Shown here piece by piece: positions 12,921 through 26,027 of a DNA stretch of 64,000 bases (the stretch's first letter is position 1; every line of letters starts with the position of its first letter). The translations under genes were made by a program, and so were the position numbers. Source of the DNA: Octopus vulgaris. Lineage: Eukaryota. The DNA lies in the NCBI GenBank assembly GCA_951406725.2, contig OX597834.1, positions 7,130,001 to 7,194,000 on the forward strand. The letters run 5' to 3'. The notes below the pieces were generated by a model that was not told the DNA's origin, made no database searches, and was given only the letters and a program-made list of their open reading frames with translations.

Positions 12921-12999
12921 AACTGCCGCTGATGATTTATAGATAAATATGTGAGTAAAATTGCATATTATATTAATAATGAAACAATTGTTCGGCGTT
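12921..12999 (+). ncRNA. Hammerhead ribozyme with extended stem II in a pLTR-like fragment (about 12857-13250) flanked by (TA)n
   Basis: GCCG-CTGATGA (12929-12935), AT-rich hairpin (AATATGTGA/TTGCATATT), GAAAC-AATT-GTT-CGGC; palindromic stem III ACAATTGT. Confidence 0.75.
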
Positions 13000-13246
13000 A
13001 ATTTATTTTTTCGTTGTATTTCACTTTCCTTACGTTGAATTTAATGTTATTTCTTATTGGAAACAACCTTTGGTGGCTATACCAGAAAAAGGAGCTATTT
13101 TTAGCACTATAGTTAACCACTTAGCGGTAACTCTCTTATATTTAAGTATAAATTTGTATTGTCTCCCTGGTTTTTTATGTGCTAAGCCACTTGGTGTTAA
13201 ACTGATGGTATTATTAAATTGATATCTAATTTTTCACCCTCATTTA

Positions 13247-13347
<101 letters not shown>

Positions 13348-13354
13348 GCATATA

Positions 13355-13395
<41 letters not shown>

Positions 13396-13588
13396 TACTA
13401 ATATAGGATGAAGTTTTTTTCTCTACAGAAAAGAATTCCATCAAGAAATGTGGCAGCATATTAAAATACCTTTACGGTTAAAATTATAAACAACTTATAA
13501 GACAGGGCTAAAGAAAATTATTTCAAAGCCAATATGCTGATTTTCCACATATAATCTACTCACTACAGAAAAATTGAACTGAAATTAT

Positions 13589-14470
13589 TGTTACGGGACC
13601 TCCGAAGGTTGCTACGGAATCCCACCTGTCGTCGCTCGAACTCGAACCCGGGATCCCAACAAGTCGAGCGACGACGATTGACCAGGCCCGATCGATCGGC
13701 GAATGTTCGCCACGGAACCCAGAGAGGAGAGAGATAACAACAACAACAACAACAGCAGCAGGAAGAGACTCAGAGGCACAAAGAAACACAGCGGAAGGCA
13801 ATTGGCTTACATTTAACCTACTAGTTTATAACACTTTATAATTGTTACAACATCAAATACATCAAGATACATATCAGGTACATCAAAGAGGAAATACATG
13901 CAAGAAACAACACATCAAAGCATTATACAATGTTCATAGACAAATAAGTTCACGTTACAAATCAATGTTCAATTAACGTACACTTCAAATCACATTAAAG
14001 GCATATACAGGTCAATGTTTATCAAAGACTACAACAGAGTCTCTCTCTTTCTTTAACAGTTCTGTAACACAATGTTCAATTCTTTTACATTTCAATACAT
14101 CGATTCTTTTTCCTTCTTTTTCTTCACATATCAAAACATACAATTAACACATACCGTTACATCAGCCAATGCCTCACATTGTAGTCCATCTCTATTGGCT
14201 GCCTAATCCTCTGTATATCTCTTCCTCAGCCCCTCAACATTTCTCTCACTGTCTCTCTCTGTCACAGCAGAACAGCCACTGCTAAATCCAAACTGCCAAC
14301 TGCTTGCCCTGAATCCCAAATGCCGACTGCCTCTCACAAACTGAACTCTAATTCACCTGAAAGGGTCGGGGAGTTTCCCCAGAGCTAATTAATCAACCCG
14401 CATCTGGCAGAACAATGGATTCATTCCCAAAAGTAGGTCGCCAGCTCTGTCCTTAAGTTGAACCACAACA
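13589..14470. mobile_element. Solo LTR (882 bp), probably Ty3/Gypsy-like
   Basis: TGTT...AACA termini and a 4-bp TSD TTAT (13585-13588, 14471-14474). Removing it restores AAATTATAAACAACTTATAAGA, which also occurs at about 13480-13502. Confidence 0.8.
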
Positions 14471-14599
14471 TTATAAACAACTTATAAGAAAGAATTTTTA
14501 TTTTTAGATATAAATGGAGTACTTAAGTGTACTCATGTTTTTTGCTTCGGCTTTTTCCATGGGCGCATGTAAGTATCTTATTTACAATCTCTCGTAAGC

Positions 14600-14657
14600 T
14601 CTACTGAAGACGAATAAATCTTTTATGAGATTAATTCCGAAATTGATTCAATATAGA
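14600..14657 (+). ncRNA. Hammerhead ribozyme, probably decayed
   Basis: TCTA-CTGAAGA-C-GAAT.AATCTT/GAGATT.ATTC-C-GAAA-TTG(ATT)CAA-TA-TAGA. The stem II closing pair is a C-C mismatch. Confidence 0.65.
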
Positions 14658-15844
14658 AATAACGAAATTTAAATATTCTAACGGTTAGATTGCCCGACTT
14701 CAGTTCAATTTTTCTCTAGTGAGTAGATTATATTTCGAAAATCAGCATATTGGCTTTGAAATAATTTTCTTTAGCCCTTTCTTATAAGACACAAAAAGAA
14801 AATGTCTCTCCTCAGCCACAACAGAATATGCTTCAACACATGAACTCATATAAAGAATCATGCAAACCAAATCCAAAAACGAAACTGAATGAAAATATCT
14901 ATACAAATTTTTCCTTTACTGAAGTGTGTATGAATTTTTGGTTGACTCTGTACATGCCTGGCAGGCTTTTCTTAAAATCCATCCAGCAAATCCACTCTCA
15001 AGGCTTTGGTTGCCAAAGGTGCCATACAGCAGGACTGAACTTGGAACCATCTGGTTGGGAACCAAACTTCTTATCACACATCCACATCTGCGCCTATATG
15101 GTAAATTTTCTTTAAAATTCCAGTTAAGGAACTCGATTTGTTAGTAAGGGACTGAATAAGTTAAAGTTTGGTTTTCCATAATTACATAAATCAGATTTAT
15201 ACAATTAGGAATTAATAATATATAATTAATTAATGGAATCCAAAACTGTAATTTTAGTTCTATTTAAAGAATCTATGACAGATTTATATTTTGGTTAAGC
15301 GATATATTTATGATGAAACAATATATCTAATTACGGAAAATAAAATTGTAATATAAATATATACCCAGAAAATATAATGTAATATTTCAGAATTATTTAA
15401 AATTAATTTCAATAAAATTACAGTTCTATGAAAGCTATGAGAAAGTAAGATACCGATCTATTTTTAATTAAAAATGACATCTTACATGTTATATCATTCA
15501 CTAGAAAGATTTTTTTTTCCCTCACAGTAAAAACATAAAATGTTTGGTGAAAATATAATTAAAACTTTCTAATCTACCACATGCAATTAAAGTCAAAATA
15601 TTGCTTCTTCCGATCTGGTTGAGTTGAAAATACTTTTGCAATACCATGTACCACAGCCTACTTTCCTGCTTTAGCATAAATTATTGCTCCTCTAATCTGG
15701 TTCTGTGACTAGAAACGAACTGGGTTCTTATTTCTAGCATCTACAACTGCACTATTTCAAGGAACTTTGCACTTAAGTGTTGACGCCATATCGAAGAGGC
15801 CAGGGAACAGAAGAAAGAAGAAGAAAGAAAACATGCACTCAACA

Positions 15845-15953
15845 CCAGAGCTGAAGACACCTCCGAATGGAGTGCCCCGCCATGTCAAAACGGTTGAGGA
15901 GTAGGGGCTGAAACCGGACATGGTTCCTCCTGATGATGTCTTGAGCTAACTGG
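15845..15953 (+). ncRNA. Candidate permuted hammerhead-like structured RNA
   Basis: GUU at 15893-15895, stem I GAGGAG/TTCCTC, stem II GCCCC/GGGGC, GAAAC at 15910-15914, stem III CGGT/ACCG, CTGATGA at 15930-15936, basal helix 15845-15859 with 15937-15953. Confidence 0.55.
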
Positions 15954-16239
15954 ATCCTATAAAGGAGCTGTTACAGTAGCAGACCACGAAACACGGTTGA
16001 AATTCCTCCACTGTTAATTCCACCAAGTTGTATTGATATACCTGCTAAAAATGACCATTTTTACCAAAGCCATTAGCATATACATTCATTCTGCCGCTCA
16101 TCAACAAGTAATATGGTACATATTTTGAATTTTTTTGAGATTAAGAATTAAAAGAGTAGTTACTTTGGGAAATCCTCGTCAAAGTAATTTTTTTAAAGTT
16201 CTAAGCTTCAAATAGATTTTGAAAGAAGAGTCACATTAT

Positions 16240-16430
16240 AATAATAATAATGAAATTATTGTATACAGTGCTCATGTGCACCACAACTTGTCAAAAGTGC
16301 GCATAAAGTATATGCAGTAATGTACAAATGTCTGGAAAGTGAACAGTGTATGAATCAGATACATGCTTGCGTGTGTATGGAAGGGAGAAAATCAGGTGTA
16401 GTGTTGGCGAATCTCAGGAAGCATTATGTG
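16240..16430 (-). mobile_element. Probable LINE (CR1/L2-like) 3' terminus with (ATT)n tail
   Basis: The minus strand ends ...GCACTGTATACAATAATTTCATTATTATTATT. Only a few codons remain, so the assignment is tentative. Confidence 0.4.
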
Positions 16431-16917
16431 TTGCTAGATTGCAGAACGAATGTGCAAGCTGGTGGTTTCTGTAAAACTGAACTTCTCAGTGAATTCTTTT
16501 GCAGGAAACACAAAACCATTTAACCATCAACTTGTTAAAACCTGAAAAATGCTCATTTCTAATTGCTCCCTTCTCTACAAGAATTCCAGTTATTAACATA
16601 ATACTTCAAATGTTAATCCCTTGCATAAAATATCTAAATAATATTCGATGCACTTCAAGAGGGCAACAATTTATAGTAAATATTATTCTTATCTCTATCT
16701 GATAGATAAATTTAATCAAGCAGATAGCTACTATCAATTTTATACATGCATCAGTCTTCTAGAAAACATATGTTTTACTTAAAGATTTCAATAAACGTAA
16801 CACTGAATTCAAAGTCCCTATCTAGAAATTTTACAGTTATCTTGTAAGTGTATACAAGATCACTGATAACCAATTGTTACTAAGCACTAATACTCTTAAG
16901 CATAAGTCTTATAACAG

Positions 16918-17315
16918 CGTTGTGGCTGTGTGGTAAGTAGCTTGCTTACCAACCACATGGTTCCGGATTCAGTCCCACTGCGTGGCACCTTGGGCAAGTG
17001 TCTTCTACTATAGCCTTGGGCTGACCAAAGCCTTGTGAGTGGATTTGGTAGACGGAAACTGAAAGAAGCCCGTCGTATATATGTATATATATATGTGTCT
17101 GTGTTTGTCCCTCCCCCCCCACAACATCGCTTGACAACCGACGCTGGTGTGTTTACATCTCCGTAACTTAGCAGTTCGGCAAAAGAGACTGATAGAATAA
17201 GTACTATGCTGACAAAGAATAAGTCCTGGGGTCGATTTGCTCGACTAAAGGCGGTGCTCCAGCATGGCCACAGTCAAATGACTGAAAAGAGTAAAAGAGA
17301 AAAGAGAAAAAGAGT
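16918..17315 (+). mobile_element. SINE family A, full length
   Basis: Homologous to 3063-3466. Confidence 0.9.
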
Positions 17316-18128
17316 CTTAATTGTATATTGGTGAACCTGATTACACATAGTAGCACCAGAAAAGATCATTCACCCACATGAAGACATCATGGATCAATAT
17401 ATAGATATGTTTGAGTGTTTCGAGCTAATATTTAAAACCTTATACATTTAAAACAATTTTGGTATCAAATTTTGGCACATGGCCAGCAATTTCTTGCAAG
17501 GAAGTTAGTCAGTTACATGGACCCCAGTACTCAGCTGGTACTTATTTTAAGGACTCTGAAAAGATGAAAGGCAAAGTCAACCTTGATGGAATTTGAACTC
17601 AGGATGTAAAGATTGACGAATATGCCACTAAACCCAGTGAGCTAAAGATTCTGCCTGCTTGCCTATAATATTGGTTTCAAATTTGGGCACAAGGCCAGCA
17701 GTTTCAGAGAGGGATAGGTCAATTAGATCGAGCCCAGTGTACAACTGGTACTTATTTTATCGACCCCAAAAAGATGAAAGACAAAGTCAACCTTAGCAGA
17801 ATTTGAACTCAGAACATAAAAACGGACAAAATGCTGTTAAGCATTTGTCTTGTGTACAAATTATTCTGCCAGCATGCCTATAATACTAAAACCAAATTTG
17901 AGCTCTATCAAATGAAAGTTATACTACTATTTTTCTGACACGTAAGTGCACTTACTTAAATACACTTACTTAAGTACACTTCTACAATTTCATTGTGACT
18001 TTTTGTGAATCATATTTTGGTCTTAACACATATAGTACTTATTTAAATACACATCACTGATTAGTCATGATTCCATTCGTACAAATGTCCTCCGGAGCAC
18101 ACTTATCAAATCTATAACTCACCATTTA

Positions 18129-18728
18129 AGGCGGCGAGCTGGCAGAAACGTTAGCATGATGGGTGAAATGCGTAGCCGTATTTCGTCTGCCGTTACGGTC
18201 TGAGTTCAAATTCCACCGAGGTCGACTTTGCCTTTCATCCTTTTGGGGTTGATAAATTAAGTACGAGTTATGCACTAGGGTCGATATAATCGACTTAATC
18301 CGTTTGTCTGTCCTTGTTTGTCCCTTCTATGTCTAGCCCCTTGTGGGCAATAAAGAAATAGGTATTTCGCCTGCCGTTAAGTTCTGAGTTCAAATTCCGC
18401 CGAGGTCGACTTTGCCTTTCATCCTTTCGGGGTTGATAAATTAAGTATGAGTTATGCACTAGGGTCGATATAATCGACTTAATCCGTTTGTCTGTCCTTG
18501 TTTGTCCCTTCTATGTCTAGCCCCTTGTGGGCAATAAAGAAATAGGTATTTCGCCTGCCGTTAAGTTCTGAGTTCAAATTCCGCCGAGGTCGACTTTGCC
18601 TTTCATCCTTTCAGGGTTCATAAATTAAGTACCATTTACGCACTGGGATCGATGTAATCGACTTAATCCGTGTGTCTGTCCTTGTTTGTCCCCTCTATGT
18701 TTAGCCCCTTGTGGGTAGTAAAGAAATA
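18129..18728 (+). mobile_element. SINE family B, three-unit tandem array
   Basis: A head plus two about 184-bp units joined at AAATAGGT|ATTTCG. Confidence 0.9.
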
Positions 18729-18926
18729 TATAACTCACCATTCTAAGCCATGTCTTGGTGTCTTGCATATCTGGTTACCATATTGCATCAGGCACCAAAA
18801 AAAAAAAAAGGAAAAATACATCATATTCATCTTCCTTATGTGCGTGTGTGTGTGTGTGCAAAAAAGGTTGAATTAAATTTCGTCCTTGAATTTGGAGGAT
18901 TCTAATAAAACATTTCTAATATAGAT

Positions 18927-19347
18927 TCTCTCTCTTTTACTCTTTTACTCTTTTACTTGTTTCAGTCATTTGACTGCGGCCATGCTGGAGCTCCACCTTT
19001 AATCGAGCAACTCAACCCCGGGACTTATTCTATTTGTAAGCCCAGTACTTATTCTATCGGTCTCTTTTGCCGAACCGCTAAGTGACGGGGGACATAAACA
19101 CACCAGCATCGGTTGTCAAGCAATGCTAGGGGAACAAAGACAGACACACAAACACACACATGCATATATATATATATATACATATATACGACGGGCTTCT
19201 TTCAGTTTCCGTCTACCAAATCCACTCACAAGGCATTGGTCGGCCCGAGGCTATAGTAGAAGACACTTGCCCAAGGTGCCACGCAGTGGGACTGAACCCG
19301 GAACTATGTGGTTGGTAAGCAAGCTACTTACCACACAGCCACTCCTA
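18927..19347 (-). mobile_element. SINE family A, full length
   Basis: Reverse-complement homologue of 3063-3466. Confidence 0.9.
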
Positions 19348-19607
19348 TGATTCTTCATATTTTGCTGGTAGCTTACTGGCGTAAGTATGCAGATATGGAA
19401 ATAATACTTTTATATGGTGTGTTGTGTGAATTTATAGAAAGGTATTCCATAAAATTCAACAAATTTGTTAAAGATGGAGAAGAGAAGGTTTTAAAATATA
19501 TAAGAGAATTTCAATTCATGCAGACTATCGTTTCATACAGCAAAATAAAAATTATAGTTGAACAGAAATAATTAAATTAATTAAATTGATTATATATTGA
19601 TTATATA

Positions 19608-20020
19608 GGTGCAGGAGTGGCTGTGTGGTAAGTAGCTTGCTAACCAACCACATAGTTCCGGGTTCAGTCCCACTGCGTGGCATCTTGGGCAAGTGTCTTC
19701 TGCTATAGCCCCGGGCCGACCAATGCCTTGTGAGTGAATTTGGTAGACGGAAACTGAAAGAAGCCTGTCGTATATATGTATATATATATATATATATATG
19801 TGTGTGTATGTGTGTGTGTGTCTGTGTCTGTCCCCCTAGCATTGCTTGACAACTGATGCTGGTGTGTTTACGTCCCCGTCACTTAGCGGTTCGGCATAAG
19901 GGACCGATAGAATAAGTACTGGGCTTACAAAGAATAAGTCCCGGGATTGATTTGCCTGACTAAAGGTGGTGCTCCAGCATGGCCGCAGTCAAATGACTGA
20001 AACGGGTAAGAGTAAGAGTA
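19608..20020 (+). mobile_element. SINE family A, full length
   Basis: Homologous to 3063-3466 and inverted relative to 18927-19347. Confidence 0.9.
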
Positions 20021-20318
20021 ATATATCACTGTACTCTTCAGTGCAAAAAGCATGAACAAAATTTTTACAAACTACTTGGAAAAGGAAATAGCAGATTAAG
20101 ATATAGGAGGTTCATATTTATCCTTATGAGAAAAAAAGAGATGTGATTCCAGGCACATCATCAGTTATTAAGAACTGTTCAATAAGGGGAAATTACTCCA
20201 ATAGGCATGGGGGAGAAAGTAATGCTTCGTTCATAGAAACCGCAATCGATCCCTGCTGTCCTTACGGCTTTACGGTCTTCGAAATTTACTTTCTTGTCTA
20301 GAATATACATATATATAA

Positions 20319-20427
<109 letters not shown>

Positions 20428-20433
20428 TGTATG

Positions 20434-20501
<68 letters not shown>

Positions 20502-20509
20502 GTATTATA

Positions 20510-20663
<154 letters not shown>

Positions 20664-21417
20664 TAACAAATATATATATACATACACACACACACACACA
20701 AACATATGCAAGCACTTGTTATTCATAATAAGAGAGATCATGAAAGAAAAATTGAAGAAGGAAATTTCCTGTATCTAACTTATTACTTTATAAAAAACAG
20801 CAATAATTATAAACATAAAAAAAACATATATAAAAACAAAGCATCAAGAAAGACCAAAGATTTTGGGGAAAAATATCAAAAATACGAAAACTTGATAATT
20901 TGTTTTGGAACATATGCGGAATGTAATGTAAGTTTGTCCTTATCATTCTGAAGACCGGGGGGGGGGGCGGGGAAAAAAATTGATGATGAAGGGTTGTGGG
21001 CATTGTAACCTTTGAGATTACTTACTGCGTCGAATTCTTGACCATATTTATCAGTGGTTTTTCCCAAGACTAGCGTTGTCATAGTAATAGCAATAGTGAT
21101 GGTTTCGGAAGCTATTTATGAGATCAGAATGACCTTTGTCTCTTGTCAGGCTTTCTCATATATCGCATGACAACATCGACTTCGTAATTGGGTAGTTATA
21201 GCAAACTCTTACCAAGAAAGCAGTGATATAGTAAAACAGGTGGTGGTGGTGGTGGTGGTGGTGCTTCTGTGACTATTATATTGTTTCAAGATCGGTTTAT
21301 GATACGTTTATTATGGAATTATAATATAATTATTATCATATGGTGTTCTGATTTTTGTGTGGAATCAAAATATTTGTCAATTGAGAGATTAAAATGGATC
21401 CCAGTAACTATTGTGAT

Positions 21418-21860
21418 TTCTTCTTCTTCTCCTTCTTCTTCTTCTTCTTCTTCTTCTTCTTCTTCTTCTTCTTCTTCTTCTTCTTCTTCTCCTCCTTCTT
21501 CTTCTCCTTCTCCTCCTTCTTCTCCTCCTCCTCCTTCTTCTTCTTCTCCTCCTCCTTCTTCTTCCTCTTCTCCTCCTCCTCCTCCTCCTCCTTCTTCTCC
21601 TCCTCCTCCTTCTTCTTCTTCTCTCTCCTCCTCCCCTACTTCTTCTTCTCCTTCTTCTTCTTCTTCTTCTTCTCCTTCTTCTTCTTCTTCTTCTCCTTCT
21701 TCTTCTTCTTCTCCTTCTTTTTCTTCTTCTTCTTCTTCTTCTTCTTCTTCTCCTTCTTCTTCTTCTTCTTCTTCTTCTTCTTCTTCTTCTTCTTCTTCTT
21801 CTTCTCCTCCTCCTCCACCTCTTCTCCTACTCCTCATCCTCCTCCTCCTTCTTCTTCTGT
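21418..21860. repeat. About 440-bp polypyrimidine (CTT/CCT)n tract
   Basis: Directly visible. It is the source of the poly-S/P, poly-E and poly-F ORFs. Confidence 0.97.
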
Positions 21861-22358
21861 TCTTTTTTTGCATTACTAAACCAAAATTCAAAACCAAGGC
21901 AGCTGTTGTTCCTTTCTTTCTTTAGACAACATATAAATGTCACTCGCTTAAATTCTTATTATTGGTTGAGGATTTTTATCCAACAAGCGGCCTGAAGGAA
22001 GGTCACATACTTCTTGCTTCTCGAAGTCAAGAAAGAAGAATTAATTAGGCTCTCAAAAACGCAATTATGAAAAGCCCTAAAACAACACCTTGATAAGTAA
22101 GGGCAACGAGAGCATGTGATTGAAAAGACAAGAAATCAGGCGGCAACGTTGCATCACATATCTGTTCCTACGCTGGTTCCATATTACAAACATGTCATAA
22201 TATAAAGATCTGAGGAAAGGACATTGTTTGTGATATTGACCATTGGTTCTTCAGTGCCTTTAAGTTGCAGTATGGGCCAGGAGTGACTATTGAATTACTA
22301 TACGATGCTATGTGGTTGGGTGGATTATATTCTTTAAGTAATATAAGTTAGTTTCCTG

Positions 22359-22521
22359 AGGCGCAGGAGTGGCTGTGTGGTAAGTAACTTGTTTACCAAC
22401 CACATGGTTCCGGGTTCAGTCCCACTGCGTGGCACCTTGGGCAAGTGTCTTCTACTATAGCCTCAGGCCGACCAATGCCTTGTGAGTGGATTTGGTAGAC
22501 GGAAACTGAAAGAAGCCCGTC

Positions 22522-22584
<63 letters not shown>

Positions 22585-22805
22585 TGTGTGTTTGTGTGTC
22601 TGTCTTTGTCCCTCTAGCATTGCTTGACAACCGATGCTGGTGTGTTTATGTCCCTGTTACTTAGCAGTTCGGCAAAAGACCCCAATAGAATAAGTACTGG
22701 GCTTACAAAAGAATAAGACCCGGGGTCGAGTTGCTCGATTTATAGGTGGTGCTCCAGCATGGCCACAGTCAAATGACTGAAACAAGTAAAAAAGAGAAAA
22801 AAAAA
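22359..22805 (+). mobile_element. SINE family A inserted into a locally duplicated segment
   Basis: Its flanks join to match the uninterrupted paralogue at 24361-24594. Confidence 0.88.
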
Positions 22806-23121
22806 AAGAGATGAAATAAAGCTATCTTCAAAGAATTTCTTGCAGAGAACAACAACAACAACAACAAAAACAACAACTCCAACAGAAACAATAACAAGCG
22901 AGATTTGAAGACAAAAATAAGAACAGAAATAAAAGGTTTCCATAGTAATTTATCTTTGGTTATTGGTTAATTCTCTGTTACCTTCTATGACAAAAATCTA
23001 GCTTCATACTGGTCACCCTGAGTATCATAGGATCTGGTTACCCCAAATACCACAGAATAATCATGGAGAAGCACTTTCCTTTTGATGCAAAGAGAAAAGC
23101 TTGTCAGTCTGTTGCACAATA

Positions 23122-23362
23122 TCTCTCTCTCTATCCGCTCAGCCATAGTCGACTCTTGGCCACTCGTTGGATCAGTGTCCTCCAGTCAGTTCTATCCTGG
23201 GCCGCTTCCTTCAGACTGGCCATGTCCATTCCAGTATCACTCCTGATGGTGCCAAGCCAGCGGGTTCTGGGCCGGCCTCTTCTTCTCTTGCCACTGACCA
23301 TTCCGAGCATGATGTCCTTCTCCAGGGATTCTCTCTGCATAATATGATCAAAATATGCCAAT
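23122..23362 (-). mobile_element. RTE (BovB-like) LINE 3' fragment
   Basis: AYFDHIMQRESLEKDIMLGMVSGKRRRGRPRTRWL...AAQDRTDWRTLIQRVAKSRLWLSG*; same family as 27889-28400. Confidence 0.88.
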
Positions 23363-25039
23363 ATAGGAAAATAAAAATGTTGAGGTGGCATGGAATGGCA
23401 CACATTCGGATTAGGGTCTGCATGATCATACAAAATTCTAAGACCCCTGTAGACTACAGTCCAAAATAAAACCAGTAAATGTGCTGGCGCTGGGCAGAAT
23501 GATTATTACAAGTGTTATTGTAAAAGTCCCTCGTGAACTTGCTAACCACAGAAGCTGGAAATTCAGTAATGGGAAAGAAGTTAATTAATACAAGACATTT
23601 ATATCATTAATCAATGTTCAATATAATCTGATTAATTATGTACATTGTATTCTGTTTGAACACCCAGTATTGTAAACTACTTATTGATTTGGCTGAGTAA
23701 TGTTACTAATAACTCAAATGCAGTACAGTCCATTACAGTTCTGGTGACTAGGAGTGAATGGTAATTTCAAGTAATGGGAAGCAGAAATGGTGAAAGATAT
23801 GGATGAGGGTGAAGAGAAAGTAAAGATGAGAGAGGGGGGAGAGAGGGAGAGTCAGAGACAGAGAGGCAAAGAAGAGAGTGTGTGTGAGAGAGAGGGCATG
23901 GCAAGGGTACAATAAAATGAGAGAGAAGGGGAGAGCAAGAAAGGTAAGGTAATAGTATGATAAAGAGAGAGAAAGAGAGAGAGAAAAAAAGAAGGTAGGA
24001 GTACGATAAAGTGAAAGAAAGGCAGAGAGAGAAGGGGGTAGAGAGTGGGGCAGGCAAAGAGAGAGAGTGTGTGTGGGAGAGAGAGAGAGGACATGGCAAG
24101 AGTACGATAAAAAGAGAGAGAAGTGGAGAGCAAGAAAGGTAAGGTAATAGTATGATAAAGGGAGAGAAAGAGAGAGAGAGAGAAAAGGAAGGTACGATAA
24201 AGAGAAAGAGAGGCAGAGAGAGAGAGAGAAGGGGGTAGAGACAGAGAGGGGGAGGGGGAGAGAGAGAAGAGGAATGACAGAAAAAGGTAAAGAAACAGAG
24301 AACAATAAATGCAAAAGACGAAGAAAAGCAGAAATAATATGGTTAAAAGAATATGTTTTTTAAGTAATCTAAATTAGTTTCCTGAGATGAAATAAAGCTA
24401 TCTTCAAAGAATGTCTTGCAGAGAACAACAACAACAACAACAACAACAACAAAAACAACAACTCCAAATAGAAACGGCAACAAAAGAGCTTTGGAAAACA
24501 AGAATAAAATTAAAGGTTTTTCAGAGTAATTTATCTTTGGTTATCGGCTAATTCTCAGTTACCTTCTAACCATGACAAAAATCTATCTTCATACTTTAGC
24601 AAACTCATCTTATCTTTTAAGTGACATAGACAGATAGACAAACAGACAGACAGACACATGCGCTGCCCTTGTCCTTTCTCTCACTCGCCCCACCCACCCA
24701 TCGTTTCTCATTTTGTCCCCTTCCCTCCCGCACGTATATATTTCTAAACACTCAAATACAGTCGTATACACACACACACGTACCTCAGAAACTTACATAA
24801 TTTTCGCTATTTTTAGCTTCAAAGAATATTGCCCCAATCCTTTGTGTAACAACTTCAGATAATGGTTATCGTAGAAACGAACATAACTTTTATTATCTTT
24901 TCTCTTTTCTCTCTTTGGGGATCAATAAAACAAAATACCAGTCAAATAATGAGGTAAATTAATATTTCTAAAAAGCATCCTAATGGGAATGAAGTTATAA
25001 CAAGTGTTATTGCCCCAATATATCTAATAATAAAATTAC

Positions 25040-25096
<57 letters not shown>

Positions 25097-25228
25097 CATC
25101 ATCATTATGAATATTATTATTATTATTATTGAGTGAGAGAGCAGTACATGCCATCAAAGTGACACTGGGGTAAAATTATTATTATTATTAATATTATTAT
25201 TATTATTATTATTATTATGAATATTATT

Positions 25229-25269
<41 letters not shown>

Positions 25270-25310
25270 TGAGTGAGTACATGCCATCAAAGTGACACTG
25301 GGGTAAAATT

Positions 25311-25351
<41 letters not shown>

Positions 25352-25451
25352 CCTCTCCTCCTCATCATCATCGTTGTCATCATCATCATCATTATTGCCC
25401 CAATATATTTAATAATGAAATTATTATCATGATCATCATCATCATCGTCAT

Positions 25452-25487
<36 letters not shown>

Positions 25488-25990
25488 TATTATCATTGTT
25501 GTTGTCAAGGCAATGAACTGGCAGAATTGTTAGCACATTGGGAAAAAGCACTTCACAGCGTTTTGTCCGTCTTTACATTCCGAGTTCAAATTCTGCCCAG
25601 GTTAACTTTGCCTTTTATCCTTTCAGGGGTCCATAAATTAAGTACTAGTTGAATAATAGGGGTCGATGTAATTGAGTTATCACCTCCACCAAAATTGCTA
25701 CCCTTGTGGCAAAATTTGAAATTATTGAGCTGGCAGAAACGTTAGCACGCCGGGCGAAATGCGTAGCTGTATTTCGTCTGCCGTTATGTTCTGAGTTCAA
25801 ATTCCGCTGAGGTCGACTTTGTCTTTCATCCTTTCGGGGTCAATTGAAAAAGTACCAGTTACGCACTGGGGTCGATATAATCGACTTAATCCGTTTGTCT
25901 GTCCTTGTTTCTCCTCTCTCTGTATAGCCCCTTGTGGGTAGTAAAGAAATAATAATAATAATAATAATAATAATTATTAATAATTATTAA

Positions 25991-26027
<37 letters not shown>

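Larger units (their letters stand above)
13394..14788. mobile_element. PLE-like inverted pLTR fragment interrupted by a solo LTR
   Basis: About 90-bp inverted repeat (13494-13583 and 14699-14788), an HHR at 14600-14657, and the left end abuts (TA)n. The same terminus occurs at 48233-48372. Confidence 0.65.

Noticed and set aside
20135-20170. CTGATGA followed by a hairpin on the minus strand
   Set aside because: No GAAA core after the hairpin.
24390-24550. Partial matches to miR-9/miR-79 (ATAAAGCTA and TCTTTGGTTATC)
   Set aside because: Only 9-12 nt match, in the wrong order and about 140 nt apart, with no pre-miRNA hairpin.
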